Origin: Acidobacteriota bacterium
GTDB lineage: Bacteria > Acidobacteriota > JAAYUB01
Assembly: GCA_040768985.1 (NCBI GenBank)
Contig: JAXGLX010000002.1
Location: 4,160,637 to 4,224,636, forward strand
DNA length: 64,000 nucleotides
Direction: 5' to 3'
This document shows positions 45,067 through 56,853 of this stretch, piece by piece. Within the stretch, counting starts at the first letter, position 1. Every line of letters starts with the position of its first letter. The position numbers and the translations under genes were made by a program. The notes below the pieces were generated by a model. It was given only the letters and a program-made list of their open reading frames with translations. It did not search any database and was not told the DNA's origin.

Positions 45067-46659
45067 TCAGTCGATCAACGCCCGCAGCCGGCGATACTGC
45101 ATGTCCACGAACGGGAATTTGAGCAGGTTGTGGAAGAGTGAGGAGAAGCCGGTGTAGAAGTACCCGACGATGAACAGCAGCAGGAAAGGAAGCACGCCGA
45201 AATTCCCGATGGCCACGCAGTAGCCGAACACCCAGGTGAAGAAGGAGCCGAAGGCGATCTCCACCAGTGGCCAGATGCCGATCTTGCCGCGGTACTTCTT
45301 GCGCAGCCAGCTGTCCTTCCGTCCGGTGACGTGATACTTCGGCGTGCGGATGAAGGCCGACTTGATGCCGAGCAGCGCCTCGAGAACGGCCTTGCCGTTG
45401 GTCACCGTCAGGCCGATGCCCAGCGCCATGAGGAACGGCAGCAGCCGGACCCGCTCTTTCCAGTCGGCGTACAGCGCCTTCTGCGAGTGGATGTAGAACA
45501 GCGCCACGCTCAGCGTGGAGGCGACGAAAATGGGCAGATCCAGAACCAGCATTTCCCAGATACCCTGGTGGAAGCGCACGATGATCGCCGGCAGCAGGAC
45601 GAGCGACAGCACCACCATCAGCGGATAGGCGAAGTTGGCGGTCAAGTGGAACACCGCCTCGGTCTTGATGGGGCGGGGGAGCGGCGCCCGCAGAATGGGG
45701 CCCAGCATCTTGAGACAGACCTGGGTGGAACCCTTGGCCCAGCGGTTCTGCTGATTCTTGAAGGCGTTCATTTCCACCGGCAGCTCGGCGGGGCATTCGA
45801 TTTCGGGCAGGTAAACGAACTTCCAGCCCTTCATCTGGGCGCGCAGGCTCAGGTCGAGATCCTCGGTGATTGTGTCGTGGCTCCAGCCGCCGGCGTCGGC
45901 GATGGCCTGCTTGCGCCACAGCCCGGCGGTACCGTTGAAGTTGACGAACAGTCCGGCGCGGGCGCGGGGCAGACTTTCCATCATGAAGTGGCCGTCGAGG
46001 AAGAGGGTCTGGGCGCGGGTCAGCAGGGAATAGTCGCCGTTGAGGTGGGCCCAGCGGGTCTGGACGATCGCCACGCGGGGATCGGTGAAGTGATGAACCG
46101 TGCGCTGCAGGAAGTCCGAGTGCGGCACGAAGTCGGCGTCGAAGATCGCGACGATGTCGCCCCTGGCGGTGCGCAGTCCGTTCTCCAGCGCGCCGGCCTT
46201 GAATCCGCCGCGGTTGGTCCGGTGGATGTACTCCACGTCGAAGCCGCGATCGGTCCAGTACGCCACCGCCTGCTGCATGATCCCCACCGTCTCGTCGGTG
46301 GAATCGTCCAGAACCTGGATGTGGAGCTTGTCCTTGGGGTAGTCCAGCTGGCAGGCGGAGTTGAGGATCCGGGGGCCGACGTACATCTCATTGTACATGG
46401 GGAGCTGCACCGTGACCATGGGCAGTTCCTCGAAGTGGCCCGCCGGCGCCACGCGTTCGTGGCGGTGTTTGCGGAAGAGGTGGAGATAGTAGAAACGCCG
46501 CAGGCCGTAAGCGCTCAGCACGATGAGGACGCCGAAGTAGATGAGCAGGATGATCAGGTCGAACAGCTCGGGGCGGTACAGGAACGAGAGGTTGCCGCTG
46601 GCCAGGAATTTTTCGTAACTTCCCGGAGGCAGGCGATGGTTGAACGGGTTTCCAAACAT
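45067..46659 (-). CDS. Processive family-2 glycosyltransferase, membrane-embedded (cellulose/chitin/mannan-synthase-like)
   Basis: GAGGAG RBS. DDSTD, DAD (DxD), TED and QQNRW (Q..RW) motifs. Two TM helices precede and about four follow the catalytic domain. Confidence 0.8.
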   Translation of the reverse strand: MFGNPFNHRLPPGSYEKFLASGNLSFLYRPELFDLIILLIYFGVLIVLSAYGLRRFYYLHLFRKHRHERVAPAGHFEELPMVTVQLPMYNEMYVGPRILNSACQLDYPKDKLHIQVLDDSTDETVGIMQQAVAYWTDRGFDVEYIHRTNRGGFKAGALENGLRTARGDIVAIFDADFVPHSDFLQRTVHHFTDPRVAIVQTRWAHLNGDYSLLTRAQTLFLDGHFMMESLPRARAGLFVNFNGTAGLWRKQAIADAGGWSHDTITEDLDLSLRAQMKGWKFVYLPEIECPAELPVEMNAFKNQQNRWAKGSTQVCLKMLGPILRAPLPRPIKTEAVFHLTANFAYPLMVVLSLVLLPAIIVRFHQGIWEMLVLDLPIFVASTLSVALFYIHSQKALYADWKERVRLLPFLMALGIGLTVTNGKAVLEALLGIKSAFIRTPKYHVTGRKDSWLRKKYRGKIGIWPLVEIAFGSFFTWVFGYCVAIGNFGVLPFLLLFIVGYFYTGFSSLFHNLLKFPFVDMQYRRLRALID

Positions 46660-46793
46660 AGGCTCCTCATCCGGCTGGATTGACGGGGTGTCCGGTCAAG
46701 ACGATCGATCATACGAGGGCCTATGCTAGTCGGAGCGGCGGGCCGAGGGAAGACGAATCTTGTATGGAATTGTCAGCGGTTGTAATCGGGCCG

Positions 46794-48242
46794 TCAGCGG
46801 TAGATGCGGGGGCCGTCGGCGGCGTTTTCGGCGAGGGCGCCGCCGATGGCGCGGGCCAGGGCGGCGCGGTCGGGAAAGTCGTGATACTTGAAAAAGGTGA
46901 TGGCCTGGCTGTTCTTGCGCAGCCAGCGCAGCGCCAGCGGGAACGACGCGTCCCGGTACGCCTGCAGGGCCGGGTGCGGCTGGTCGGCGGCGGCGGCGGC
47001 CAGGACGGCGTCCAGCGACTCCGCCGGGGCGCCGGTCCGCGGCAGGGCCAGGGAGCGGATCCGACCGCCGGGGTGCAGCGTCCAGAGGCAGGCCTTCCCG
47101 GGATCATGATGGGGCAGGAGGGCGAGGAGCACGTCGTCGATCCCCTTCTCCCGGGGCACCGGCTGGACGTCCAACTGGACATTGACGGCGGGCTGGTGGC
47201 GGGCGATGAGCTCGGCCTCCTCCAGTAGCGCCTCAAGGTCGGAGCCAAGCGCGATGTGGCGCAGCCGGCGGGTGTCGCGCTGGATCCGCTCCAGCTTCGG
47301 ATCGTCGTCGGCCCGCCAGCGGAAGTAGCTCTGGACCCGCCGACGCAGGTTGACGCTCTTGCCCACGTAAATGACGGTGTCGTGGTCGTCCAGGAACAGG
47401 TACACCCCCGGGGCTTCGGGCAGCGCGGCCAGGTCGGCCGGCGTGAAGGCGTAGCGTCCGAAATCAGCCGGGGTGTGGAGGGCGGCCAGCGCGTCGTCCA
47501 GCTCGTCCAGCCGCTCCACGCCCTGAATCGCCAGCTCGGCGGCCAGCCGCGGCAGCAGCGCCGGCAGTGCGGCCAGTTCGTCCACGAACGGATCGTCCCG
47601 GCGCGTCGCCACGGCGGCGAAGTCCAGCAGGGCCTCGAGGCCGGGCCGCGGCCCGCCGGGCAGGACCAGCCAGCCCACGTCGGCGAGCGATCGAAACGGC
47701 TCCGGCAGGACGGACCCGGTGTCCTCGGCGGCCTGAAGCCAGGGGCCGAGCGCCCGGGCGTTCATCCCCCGCAGGCACAGGCCGGTGCCGGCGAACACCT
47801 CGTCCAGGACGCGCAACACCTTGAGCTCGGTGAGAAGCAGCGGCGGCGGCGCCAATCCTTCCAGCGCGGCGGCGGCGTCCCGAAGGGCCTCCGCCGGGCC
47901 CACGGCGGCGATCTGGCACTCGAGGGGCGAATCGGCGTCCGGCTGGAAACGGGTCACGGCCACGAGCCGCAACGGCCCATGTCCGGACGGTCGGGTGGAC
48001 GCCGTGAGCACCGTCCAGCGAACCGCCGCCAGCCGGTCGCCGGCCGTGTCGGCGACGGTTTCCCACCCCTCCGGCAGGCGGCGGAAGCGCGGGTCACGCT
48101 GGAGCGCCGCCTCGAGGATCCGGACGGCGGTCGCCTGGCCTGATGTCGCGGCGCCCAGGTGGCGGGCGCACAGCTCGGCGGACGGCACCGGGGCCGGCGC
48201 GCCGCGCAGGGCGTCGTAAATGCGGTCTTCAAGGCGCTTCAT
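46794..48242 (-). CDS. GIY-YIG nuclease-domain protein with large uncharacterised N- and C-terminal regions
   Basis: GVYLFLDDHDTVIYVGKSVNLRRRVQSYF...LERIQRDTRRLRHIALGSDLEALLEEAELIARHQPAVN is a GIY-YIG core with the catalytic Arg/Glu pattern. The ATG at 48242 overlaps the upstream gene's stop (ATGA). Confidence 0.55.
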   Translation of the reverse strand: MKRLEDRIYDALRGAPAPVPSAELCARHLGAATSGQATAVRILEAALQRDPRFRRLPEGWETVADTAGDRLAAVRWTVLTASTRPSGHGPLRLVAVTRFQPDADSPLECQIAAVGPAEALRDAAAALEGLAPPPLLLTELKVLRVLDEVFAGTGLCLRGMNARALGPWLQAAEDTGSVLPEPFRSLADVGWLVLPGGPRPGLEALLDFAAVATRRDDPFVDELAALPALLPRLAAELAIQGVERLDELDDALAALHTPADFGRYAFTPADLAALPEAPGVYLFLDDHDTVIYVGKSVNLRRRVQSYFRWRADDDPKLERIQRDTRRLRHIALGSDLEALLEEAELIARHQPAVNVQLDVQPVPREKGIDDVLLALLPHHDPGKACLWTLHPGGRIRSLALPRTGAPAESLDAVLAAAAADQPHPALQAYRDASFPLALRWLRKNSQAITFFKYHDFPDRAALARAIGGALAENAADGPRIYR

Positions 48243-49471
48243 GGCGGGCCGTCGCCGATCCGGAGGAGTACCGTGTCGGTCGCGGTCCGCGCCGCGACAA
48301 GGCGCGGGGCGTCGGCGGACCAGGCGCCGAGGGCGGCCTGGAACCGGTCGGCGTCGGCGGCCGTGTCCCAGGCGATCAGCCAGAGAACCAGCGGGGGGCG
48401 GCCGTCGCCGCGCGCCACCAGCACCAGGGTGTCGCCGCCCCAGCCGCGGGCGGCTGCCACGGCGTCGGTCTCAGGCAAACCGCGCTTCAGGAATTCGGCC
48501 AGCTGGAACTGGCCCCACCGGCGGGGCTGCCCGGCGGGTCGGCCCAGCTCGCGCCAGTGGGATTCGTCCAGAGCGGCCGGCCGGCCGTTTTCCGGCGGCG
48601 ATGACAGATACTTCTCCGGCCGCAGGATCTGCTCAGTGGTGTCGGGCGGATGCTCCACCAGCCGGAGGATCTGGGCGAAGGTGCGCGTCGCCATCAGCCG
48701 GCAGACGAAGTCGGTGCCCTCGAGATAAGGGAAGAGCATGGCGGCCTGCAGGAAGACCGGCGCCCGGGCGAACACGGCCGTCTGCTCCTGGGACTGCCGG
48801 GCGGCGGCGCGCAGCGTCGCGGCGATGCCGGGGATGGCGGCGACCCGCTCCACCGGAGTGTCCGTCATGTAGGCCAGCATCGCGACGGTGGCCCCGCCCT
48901 CGAGCAGCGCCATCAGGGCCAGCGCGGCATCGTCGTCGTGGCGGACCCGATCCTGGAGGGCGCCGCCGATTCCGCCATACTGGTCCTGCAGGGCGTGGAC
49001 CAGTTCGTGGGCCATGACCGCCTCCTGGAGGGCCGGGTCAATCCAGTCGGCCATCACGTAGGCGCCGCTCCCGGGGTCGTAAAAGCCGCCCAGTTGTTCG
49101 GTGTACAACTCCGCCACCAGGCGTTTCAAATCCGTCCCGGCCGGCACCAGTCCCAGGGTTTCCAGAATGATCGTCTCTTCGCGGATTTCGGCTTCGGTGT
49201 AATCCTCGCCGAGCTTGTGCAGCACCAGGGCCTCGATCTCGGCCTTGTTCATGATGCGCGCGGCGACGGGCCGCTTGCGCGGGACGCCGGTGAGCCGCTC
49301 GAGTTTGGCCAGCACCCGCTCCACGGCCGCGGTATCGGGCGCTGCGGCGGCGGGCGCCGTCGCCTGCTCGCCGGCCGCGGGCGGTGACGCCGCGGGGGCA
49401 GCGGCCGGAGTGATCCCCGGGCCGGCAAGCCAGCCGATGACGAACAGCATCGGGGTGAGCAGTCGAACCAT
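48239..49471 (-). CDS. Secreted putative zinc metalloprotease (HExxH zincin-like)
   Basis: Signal peptide (LLTPMLFVIGWLAGPGITPAAA). HELVHALQDQ motif, with a downstream Glu in EGGATVAM as a candidate third ligand. No PDZ or other known module. Confidence 0.45.
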   Translation of the reverse strand: MVRLLTPMLFVIGWLAGPGITPAAAPAASPPAAGEQATAPAAAAPDTAAVERVLAKLERLTGVPRKRPVAARIMNKAEIEALVLHKLGEDYTEAEIREETIILETLGLVPAGTDLKRLVAELYTEQLGGFYDPGSGAYVMADWIDPALQEAVMAHELVHALQDQYGGIGGALQDRVRHDDDAALALMALLEGGATVAMLAYMTDTPVERVAAIPGIAATLRAAARQSQEQTAVFARAPVFLQAAMLFPYLEGTDFVCRLMATRTFAQILRLVEHPPDTTEQILRPEKYLSSPPENGRPAALDESHWRELGRPAGQPRRWGQFQLAEFLKRGLPETDAVAAARGWGGDTLVLVARGDGRPPLVLWLIAWDTAADADRFQAALGAWSADAPRLVAARTATDTVLLRIGDGPP

Positions 49472-49651
49472 GGACGCGGACTCCCGTGGCGACAGGCGGC
49501 CATTGTAGCAGATCCGTCGCTGGATTGCACCGCCTCGGCCGTGGCCGTTCGGCCGGGCGCACCCGCCGCCCCGGGCAAAAATATCTCTTTACAGACCGGG
49601 AAAGCTGTGATAAAAAGTCTGTCTTTTGATTGAAGCCCGAGGAGGACACTC

Positions 49652-49921
49652 TTGTCTCTGACGAACGAATCGAAGCAGCAAATCATGAAACAGTACCAGC
49701 GCCACGCCAAGGACGTCGGTTCCACGGAAGTCCAGGTGGCCCTGCTGACCCAGCGCATCAACGACCTCAACGAGCATTTCCGGTCCCACGTCAAGGATCA
49801 TCACTCCCGGCGCGGTCTCCTGCAGCTCGTGGGACAGCGGAAACGGCTGCTGGAATACCTGAAGCAGACCGATATCGAGCGCTATCGCAAGCTCATCGGC
49901 GAGCTGGGACTGAGGAAGTAA
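49652..49921 (+). CDS. rpsO: 30S ribosomal protein S15
   Basis: TTG start. [70 protein letters not shown], a canonical S15. Confidence 0.9.
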   Translation: MSLTNESKQQIMKQYQRHAKDVGSTEVQVALLTQRINDLNEHFRSHVKDHHSRRGLLQLVGQRKRLLEYLKQTDIERYRKLIGELGLRK

Positions 49922-50099
49922 CCGCTAATTTGACCGCACCCGACATTGATACCGACCAAGACGCCGCGAGGAAGGGGTGCTCCCTCCCGCCGGCGTCTTG
50001 TTCATTATTCCTTCCCGTCATCCTGAGACTATCGGCCGATGCCGCACCGGCATCCCGGATCATGACACCGGGGAGACACACGCATCTGGAGGATTCGAT
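49922..50099 (+). promoter_or_regulatory. rpsO-pnp intergenic leader with an extended stem-loop
   Basis: aagacgccg...cggcgtctt outer stem (about 49958-50001) enclosing a G/C-rich inner hairpin, followed by a T-rich tract. Its position matches the E. coli rpsO terminator / pnp autoregulatory leader. Confidence 0.4.
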
Positions 50100-52295
<2,196 letters not shown>

Positions 52296-52325
52296 ACCGG
52301 TTCGGACAATTCCCCAAAACAAACA

Positions 52326-52362
52326 GGCGGGCTGCCCATGGCAGCCCGCCTCTGTTTTTTTG
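52326..52362. terminator. Bidirectional rho-independent terminator between convergent pnp and RNase E/G
   Basis: Perfect 10-bp stem ggcgggctgc/gcagcccgcc (52326-52350) with a 5-nt loop. Flanked by TCTGTTTTTTTT on the plus strand and TGTTTGTTTTGGGG on the minus strand. Confidence 0.7.
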
Positions 52363-52384
52363 GCTGCGCCGCGCGGCGGCGCCG

Positions 52385-54418
52385 TCAGATACCGACGATG
52401 TCGTACGCGGTCAATTCCAGCGTCGAATCCGGAATCAGGACCACCGGACGGTGGAAATCCTTCTCGATGGCGGCAATCACTTCCCGTTCGATGCTCTTGA
52501 GCGCCCGGATGACGTTTGGATGGGCCCGAATCTCGACCTGGGAACCCTCCAGCGACTTGTGCATCCGGGCCACGTGGGCGTAGATCTCGTAGCAGATGGT
52601 GGACACGGACTTGGTGAAGCCCGATCCGCCGCACAGGGGGCAGGGCTCGGACAGGTTCTTTTCCAGGGCGCTGGCCGACCGCTTCCGGGTCATGATCACC
52701 ATGCCGAAGTCGTTGAATGGAATGACCTTGGTGGGAACCTTGTCCTTGCGCTGTTCCAGCGTCAGGGCATCCAGCACCTGCCGTTTGCTCTTTTTCTCCT
52801 GCATGTCGATGAAATCGATCACGATGATCCCGCCGAGATTCCGCAGGCGGATCTGGCGCATGATCTCCTTGGCCGCGTCCACGTTGATCTTGGTGATGGT
52901 TTCCTCGAAATTGTTCCCCTTGCCCACGTACTTGCCGGTGTTGACGTCGATGGCCACCAGGGCCTCGGTGTGATTGATGACGATGAAGCCGCCGGAAGGC
53001 AGCCAGACCTTCTGTCGGGTGGCCCGCTGGATCTCGGGCGTCAGGTTGAAATGATCGAAGATCGATGCGTCACGCGAGTACAGCTTCACCCGCGGCAGCA
53101 TGACGGGCATGAAGCGCTCGATGAAACTCACGATCGCCGCGTACTCGGCCTCGTCGTCCACCCAGATGTTCTGGAAGCTGTCATCCAGCTTGTCCCGGAG
53201 GAGCTTCTCCACCAGGTCCAGCTCCTGGTAAAGGAGGCAGGGGGCGGCTTCGGCGGTGCCGCGGGTCTGGATGTCCTCCCAGGTTTTCATCAGGTATTCC
53301 ATGTCCTGGGTCAGTTCGGCTTCGCTGAGCCCCTCGCTGGCCGTGCGGATGATGAAGCCGCCCGGGCGGTCCTTCCGGTTCTGGGTGATGATGGTCCGCA
53401 GCCGCTTCCGCTCCTGATCGCTGTGGATCTTGCGGGACACGCCCACGTGATTGACGGTGGGGAGGAACACGAGCTGGCGTCCGGGCAGCGAGATGTGGGA
53501 GGTGATCCGGGCGCTCTTGAGGGACATGGGTTCCTTCATGACCTGGACAACGATCTCCTGGCCCTGCTTCAGCATGGTGGCGATGTTGCCGGGTTCCGCC
53601 TCGCCGGCCAGGTTGAAGCCCTTCCGCTTCCGGCGGCTGCCGCGCGGCCGGCTGGCGCAGAACGTGAGGTCGGAATCGGGAAAGCGGATGGTGGCCGAAC
53701 CGTCGGCGGAATCGTTGCGGTCGCGCTCCGGTTCCGGCGAGTCGGCGGCCGGCGAGGCCCATGGGGAGGTCCAGGCCGGGCCGTCGGGAGAGGCGGCTTC
53801 GACCGGTTGGGTCGTCGCCGGAACGGGAGTGTCGGTCGGCGGTCCATCGGCGGTTTCAGCCGCCGGTTCAGGCGGCGTCGGCGCGGCCTCGGCATGTTCG
53901 GAATCAGCGGCCGCGCCTTCGGTGGCGGTTCGTGACTTGGCCCGGGACCGGGACGACCGGCGGGAGCGGCGGCGCTTTTTGGGCGCCTCGGCGGCAGCCT
54001 CTTCGCCCGCTTCGGATTCGGCGTCCGCCGCCGGGGCGGTCGCCGTCTCCGCGGGTTCTCCCTCGGACGGCGCCGGCGCGGCGGTTTCCTCTTCGGCCGG
54101 CTCCTCCGGCGGCTTCGCTGGGGATTTGGCGGCGCGGCCCTTGGGCAGATCCACGTCGAGGGTTTCCTTCAGATCGGCGAATTCCTCGAAGAAATCGGTG
54201 ACGTAGAGAAAGGCGTTCTTCTCGATGCCGATATCCACAAACGCAGACTGCATGCCCGGCAACACCTTGCCCACCCGGCCCTTGTAGATGTTACCGACGA
54301 TGCTGCGATCCTTCCGGCGCTCCACGTGGTATTCGGCCAGGGCACCGTCTTCCAGAATGGCGGCATGCACCTCGAACGGGCTGACATGCACCATCATTTC
54401 ACGGCTCATGGTGTACAC
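52385..54418 (-). CDS. rne: Ribonuclease E/G family endoribonuclease carrying an approximately 190-aa low-complexity insertion
   Basis: N-terminal S1-like region (VGNIYKGRVGKVLPGMQSAFVDIG), DNase-I-like catalytic core (IVIDFIDM..., EITRKIN-like block). The acidic/Ala-Pro-rich plus RRRSRRSSRSRAKSR segment is inserted at aa 80-270. Confidence 0.8.
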   Translation of the reverse strand: MYTMSREMMVHVSPFEVHAAILEDGALAEYHVERRKDRSIVGNIYKGRVGKVLPGMQSAFVDIGIEKNAFLYVTDFFEEFADLKETLDVDLPKGRAAKSPAKPPEEPAEEETAAPAPSEGEPAETATAPAADAESEAGEEAAAEAPKKRRRSRRSSRSRAKSRTATEGAAADSEHAEAAPTPPEPAAETADGPPTDTPVPATTQPVEAASPDGPAWTSPWASPAADSPEPERDRNDSADGSATIRFPDSDLTFCASRPRGSRRKRKGFNLAGEAEPGNIATMLKQGQEIVVQVMKEPMSLKSARITSHISLPGRQLVFLPTVNHVGVSRKIHSDQERKRLRTIITQNRKDRPGGFIIRTASEGLSEAELTQDMEYLMKTWEDIQTRGTAEAAPCLLYQELDLVEKLLRDKLDDSFQNIWVDDEAEYAAIVSFIERFMPVMLPRVKLYSRDASIFDHFNLTPEIQRATRQKVWLPSGGFIVINHTEALVAIDVNTGKYVGKGNNFEETITKINVDAAKEIMRQIRLRNLGGIIVIDFIDMQEKKSKRQVLDALTLEQRKDKVPTKVIPFNDFGMVIMTRKRSASALEKNLSEPCPLCGGSGFTKSVSTICYEIYAHVARMHKSLEGSQVEIRAHPNVIRALKSIEREVIAAIEKDFHRPVVLIPDSTLELTAYDIVGI

Positions 54419-54566
54419 CTCGAGCTTGAGGGTTGTTAGCGGGAATCCGGCTTGAGTTGTCAGGGAAAATATCTTTACGCCGCCGGACGGTCCAGGATTC
54501 CCATTGTCCGGTCGTCAACATTCCATGTCGCGGAAAATCTTAGCACAGCGACGGTCAAAAGCCAAA

Positions 54567-55556
54567 TCATTCATCGGCTTTCCCGCCGTCCGCCGGCTGG
54601 TCGTCCGCCGTCGAGCGGCGATAAATGAACCGCTGCAGATTGGTGTTGTACGGCGTCCAGCTGTCGTTTTCGCCGGCCTGCTGAATCGCCTCAAGATAGG
54701 TCCCCAGTTTGGCGTCGAGGTCGTCCAGGTAGGACAACGCCAGCGCTTCCAATGTTTTGGGACGCTTGGGCGAACCGAATTCCAGCTCGCGGTGGTGGCT
54801 GAGCACCAGGTGGAGCAGCTCCATCCGAATGCCGGAGGGGAAATCGGGAATTTCCGCCATCTTGCGATCGAGCAGGATGGCCTCCATGGTGATGTGCCCC
54901 ACGAGCCGGCCTTCGTCGGTATAGTCGATGCTCTTGCCCCAGACCAGTTCGTCCAGCTTGCCGATGTCGTGAAGCGCGGCGCCCGCCAGCAGCATGCTCT
55001 TGTTCAGGAAGGGGTAATGCTGGCCGATGCGGACGCACAACTGCATCACCGAAAGGGTGTGATCCAGCAATCCGCCGATGTAGGCGTGATGGAGCGCCTT
55101 GGCTGCGGGGCACTGCTTGAATTTCTTCTGCAGCTCGGCTTCGCCGAAGATGTTGAGGAGCAGCCGGCGCAGGAACGGGTCGGCCACCTCCTGGTGGATG
55201 CAGTCGAGCAGGGCGACGTAGCTCTGATCGGTGTCGCGGTTGGACTTGCGGATGAAGTCGTCCAGCTCCACCTGGTCGGATTCCACCCGGCGGATCTTGT
55301 GGATGGTGATCTGGGTGGTGTTGTTGAATTCCTTGGTCATCCCGATCACGTGGACGAACTGGTCCACGTCGAATTTGGTGCGGAAGACGTCCACGTTGTC
55401 CCAGAGGAAGGCGGTGATGGCGCCGGTCCGGTCGGCCAGAACGGTGAAAATGAAATCTCCACCCTGCTTTTTCGGCCGGATCTCCTTGCGGACCACCAGA
55501 AAGATGTCATCCACGTTCTGGTTCGGGAGATAGTCGGTGACGTATTTGGCTTTCAA
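54567..55556 (-). CDS. YhaM-like 3'-5' exoribonuclease (OB-fold plus HD domain)
   Basis: N-terminal OB-fold (FLVVRKEIRPKKQGGDFIFTVLADRTG), HD motif (HHAYIGGLLDHTLSV...AALHDIGK). TTG start at 55556 with a GAAAGGA RBS. TTGA overlap with the upstream S4 gene. Confidence 0.6.
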   Translation of the reverse strand: MKAKYVTDYLPNQNVDDIFLVVRKEIRPKKQGGDFIFTVLADRTGAITAFLWDNVDVFRTKFDVDQFVHVIGMTKEFNNTTQITIHKIRRVESDQVELDDFIRKSNRDTDQSYVALLDCIHQEVADPFLRRLLLNIFGEAELQKKFKQCPAAKALHHAYIGGLLDHTLSVMQLCVRIGQHYPFLNKSMLLAGAALHDIGKLDELVWGKSIDYTDEGRLVGHITMEAILLDRKMAEIPDFPSGIRMELLHLVLSHHRELEFGSPKRPKTLEALALSYLDDLDAKLGTYLEAIQQAGENDSWTPYNTNLQRFIYRRSTADDQPADGGKADE

Positions 55557-55825
55557 TCCAGTATGTCCTTTCGTTCGGTTTCGAGCAGCGTGGCCAGCTC
55601 GCGGGCGGCGGCCCGGGCGACGTTGCTTCCATCGGGCAGCCGCTCCACGCGGTAGCGGCGCCGCGTGCCGGGCGTGTCCACCTCGATGATGTCGCCGGCG
55701 CGTATCTCCTGGGCCGCCTTGGCCGGTCGCCCGTTGACCTGGACGGCCCCGCCGTCGCACATTTTTTTACCCAGCGGACGGCGGGCGATGATCCGGCTCA
55801 CGCGCAAAAACATGTCGAGGCGCAT
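55553..55825 (-). CDS. S4-domain RNA-binding protein (Hsp15/RqcP-like)
   Basis: MRLDMFLRVSRIIARRPLGKKMCDGGAVQVNGRPAKAAQEIRAGDIIEV, a classic S4 alpha-L motif. 90 aa. Confidence 0.7.
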   Translation of the reverse strand: MRLDMFLRVSRIIARRPLGKKMCDGGAVQVNGRPAKAAQEIRAGDIIEVDTPGTRRRYRVERLPDGSNVARAAARELATLLETERKDILD

Positions 55826-55848
55826 TCCGGCGCAACCCCCGCGGGTCC

Positions 55849-56853
55849 CTACCGGGCCTCGGCGTCGGGATCGTAATCCCCGCGGAATTCGGGAAACACA
55901 TACACGTAGCTCTGCTTGCGCAGCTCCGCCATGAATTCCTTCATGACCGGATCCAGCCGGGTTCGGAATAGTTTTTCCTCGACATCGTGGCGGACCTCCT
56001 CAAGGGGACGCTGCACGGCGGCGGTCCGCTTGACGAGTTGGAGAATCTCGAAGCCGAACTCCATTTCCAGCACGCGGCTGTACTGGCCGGGTTGCAGCGT
56101 CTGGACCACGTCCCGGATGGTCGGGGTCAGGTTGGTCAGGGGAAAGCTGCCGATGTTGCCGCCGTCCTTGGCCGACGGCCCGTCGGAAAACGCCTTGGCC
56201 AGATCCGCGAACGCCTGGCCGGCCTGCAATTCCTGATGGACCTGGTCGATTCTGGTGCGCACCTCGTCGGCGTTCTTGTCCTTTGTGAAGAGAACGATTT
56301 CGGCCAGCTCCACCTGTTCGGGGGTGGTGAACTCCTGGATGTTTTCCTGATAGTATTTTTCAACCTCGCCGGTCATGACCTTGATCCGCTGGCGGACGAT
56401 GGCGCCCCGGATCCGGCTGACGAGGATCTGGCGCTTCAGGTTCTCGTAGTAGTCGGCAAAGACGATCCCCGCCCGGGCCATTTCCTGCTTGAGCGCATCC
56501 ATGGTGGGGATGCTGTTCTGCTTCATCAGATCTTCCAGGTAGGCGTTGGCTTCCAGGTCCAGGTCCTCGCTCATGCCGTATTCGTTGGCCTTCTGGACGA
56601 GCAGCAACTCGTTGATCAGGGAGGGCAGGATCTGCTTCACCGTCTGGTTGTAGCGGGCGGTCAGCTCCTCGCCCTGATAGCGGCCGCTCATCTGCTTGAG
56701 CACGGTATCCTTTTCCCGGTTGTACTGGCTCAGGGTGATGATGTCGTTGTTGACCTGGGCGACGATTTGTTCGATCACTTCGCCCCGGATCCAGCCGGGG
56801 ATCAGTCCGGCGAGCAGCAGGCCCGCCAGGGCCGCGAGCGCTCTATTTCGCAT
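55849..56853 (-). CDS. SurA-like periplasmic chaperone / parvulin-type peptidyl-prolyl isomerase
   Basis: Signal peptide, SurA N-terminal helical domain, C-terminal PpiC domain (GGNIGSFPLTNLTPTIRDVVQTLQPGQYSRVLEMEFGFEILQL). Confidence 0.75.
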   Translation of the reverse strand: MRNRALAALAGLLLAGLIPGWIRGEVIEQIVAQVNNDIITLSQYNREKDTVLKQMSGRYQGEELTARYNQTVKQILPSLINELLLVQKANEYGMSEDLDLEANAYLEDLMKQNSIPTMDALKQEMARAGIVFADYYENLKRQILVSRIRGAIVRQRIKVMTGEVEKYYQENIQEFTTPEQVELAEIVLFTKDKNADEVRTRIDQVHQELQAGQAFADLAKAFSDGPSAKDGGNIGSFPLTNLTPTIRDVVQTLQPGQYSRVLEMEFGFEILQLVKRTAAVQRPLEEVRHDVEEKLFRTRLDPVMKEFMAELRKQSYVYVFPEFRGDYDPDAEAR

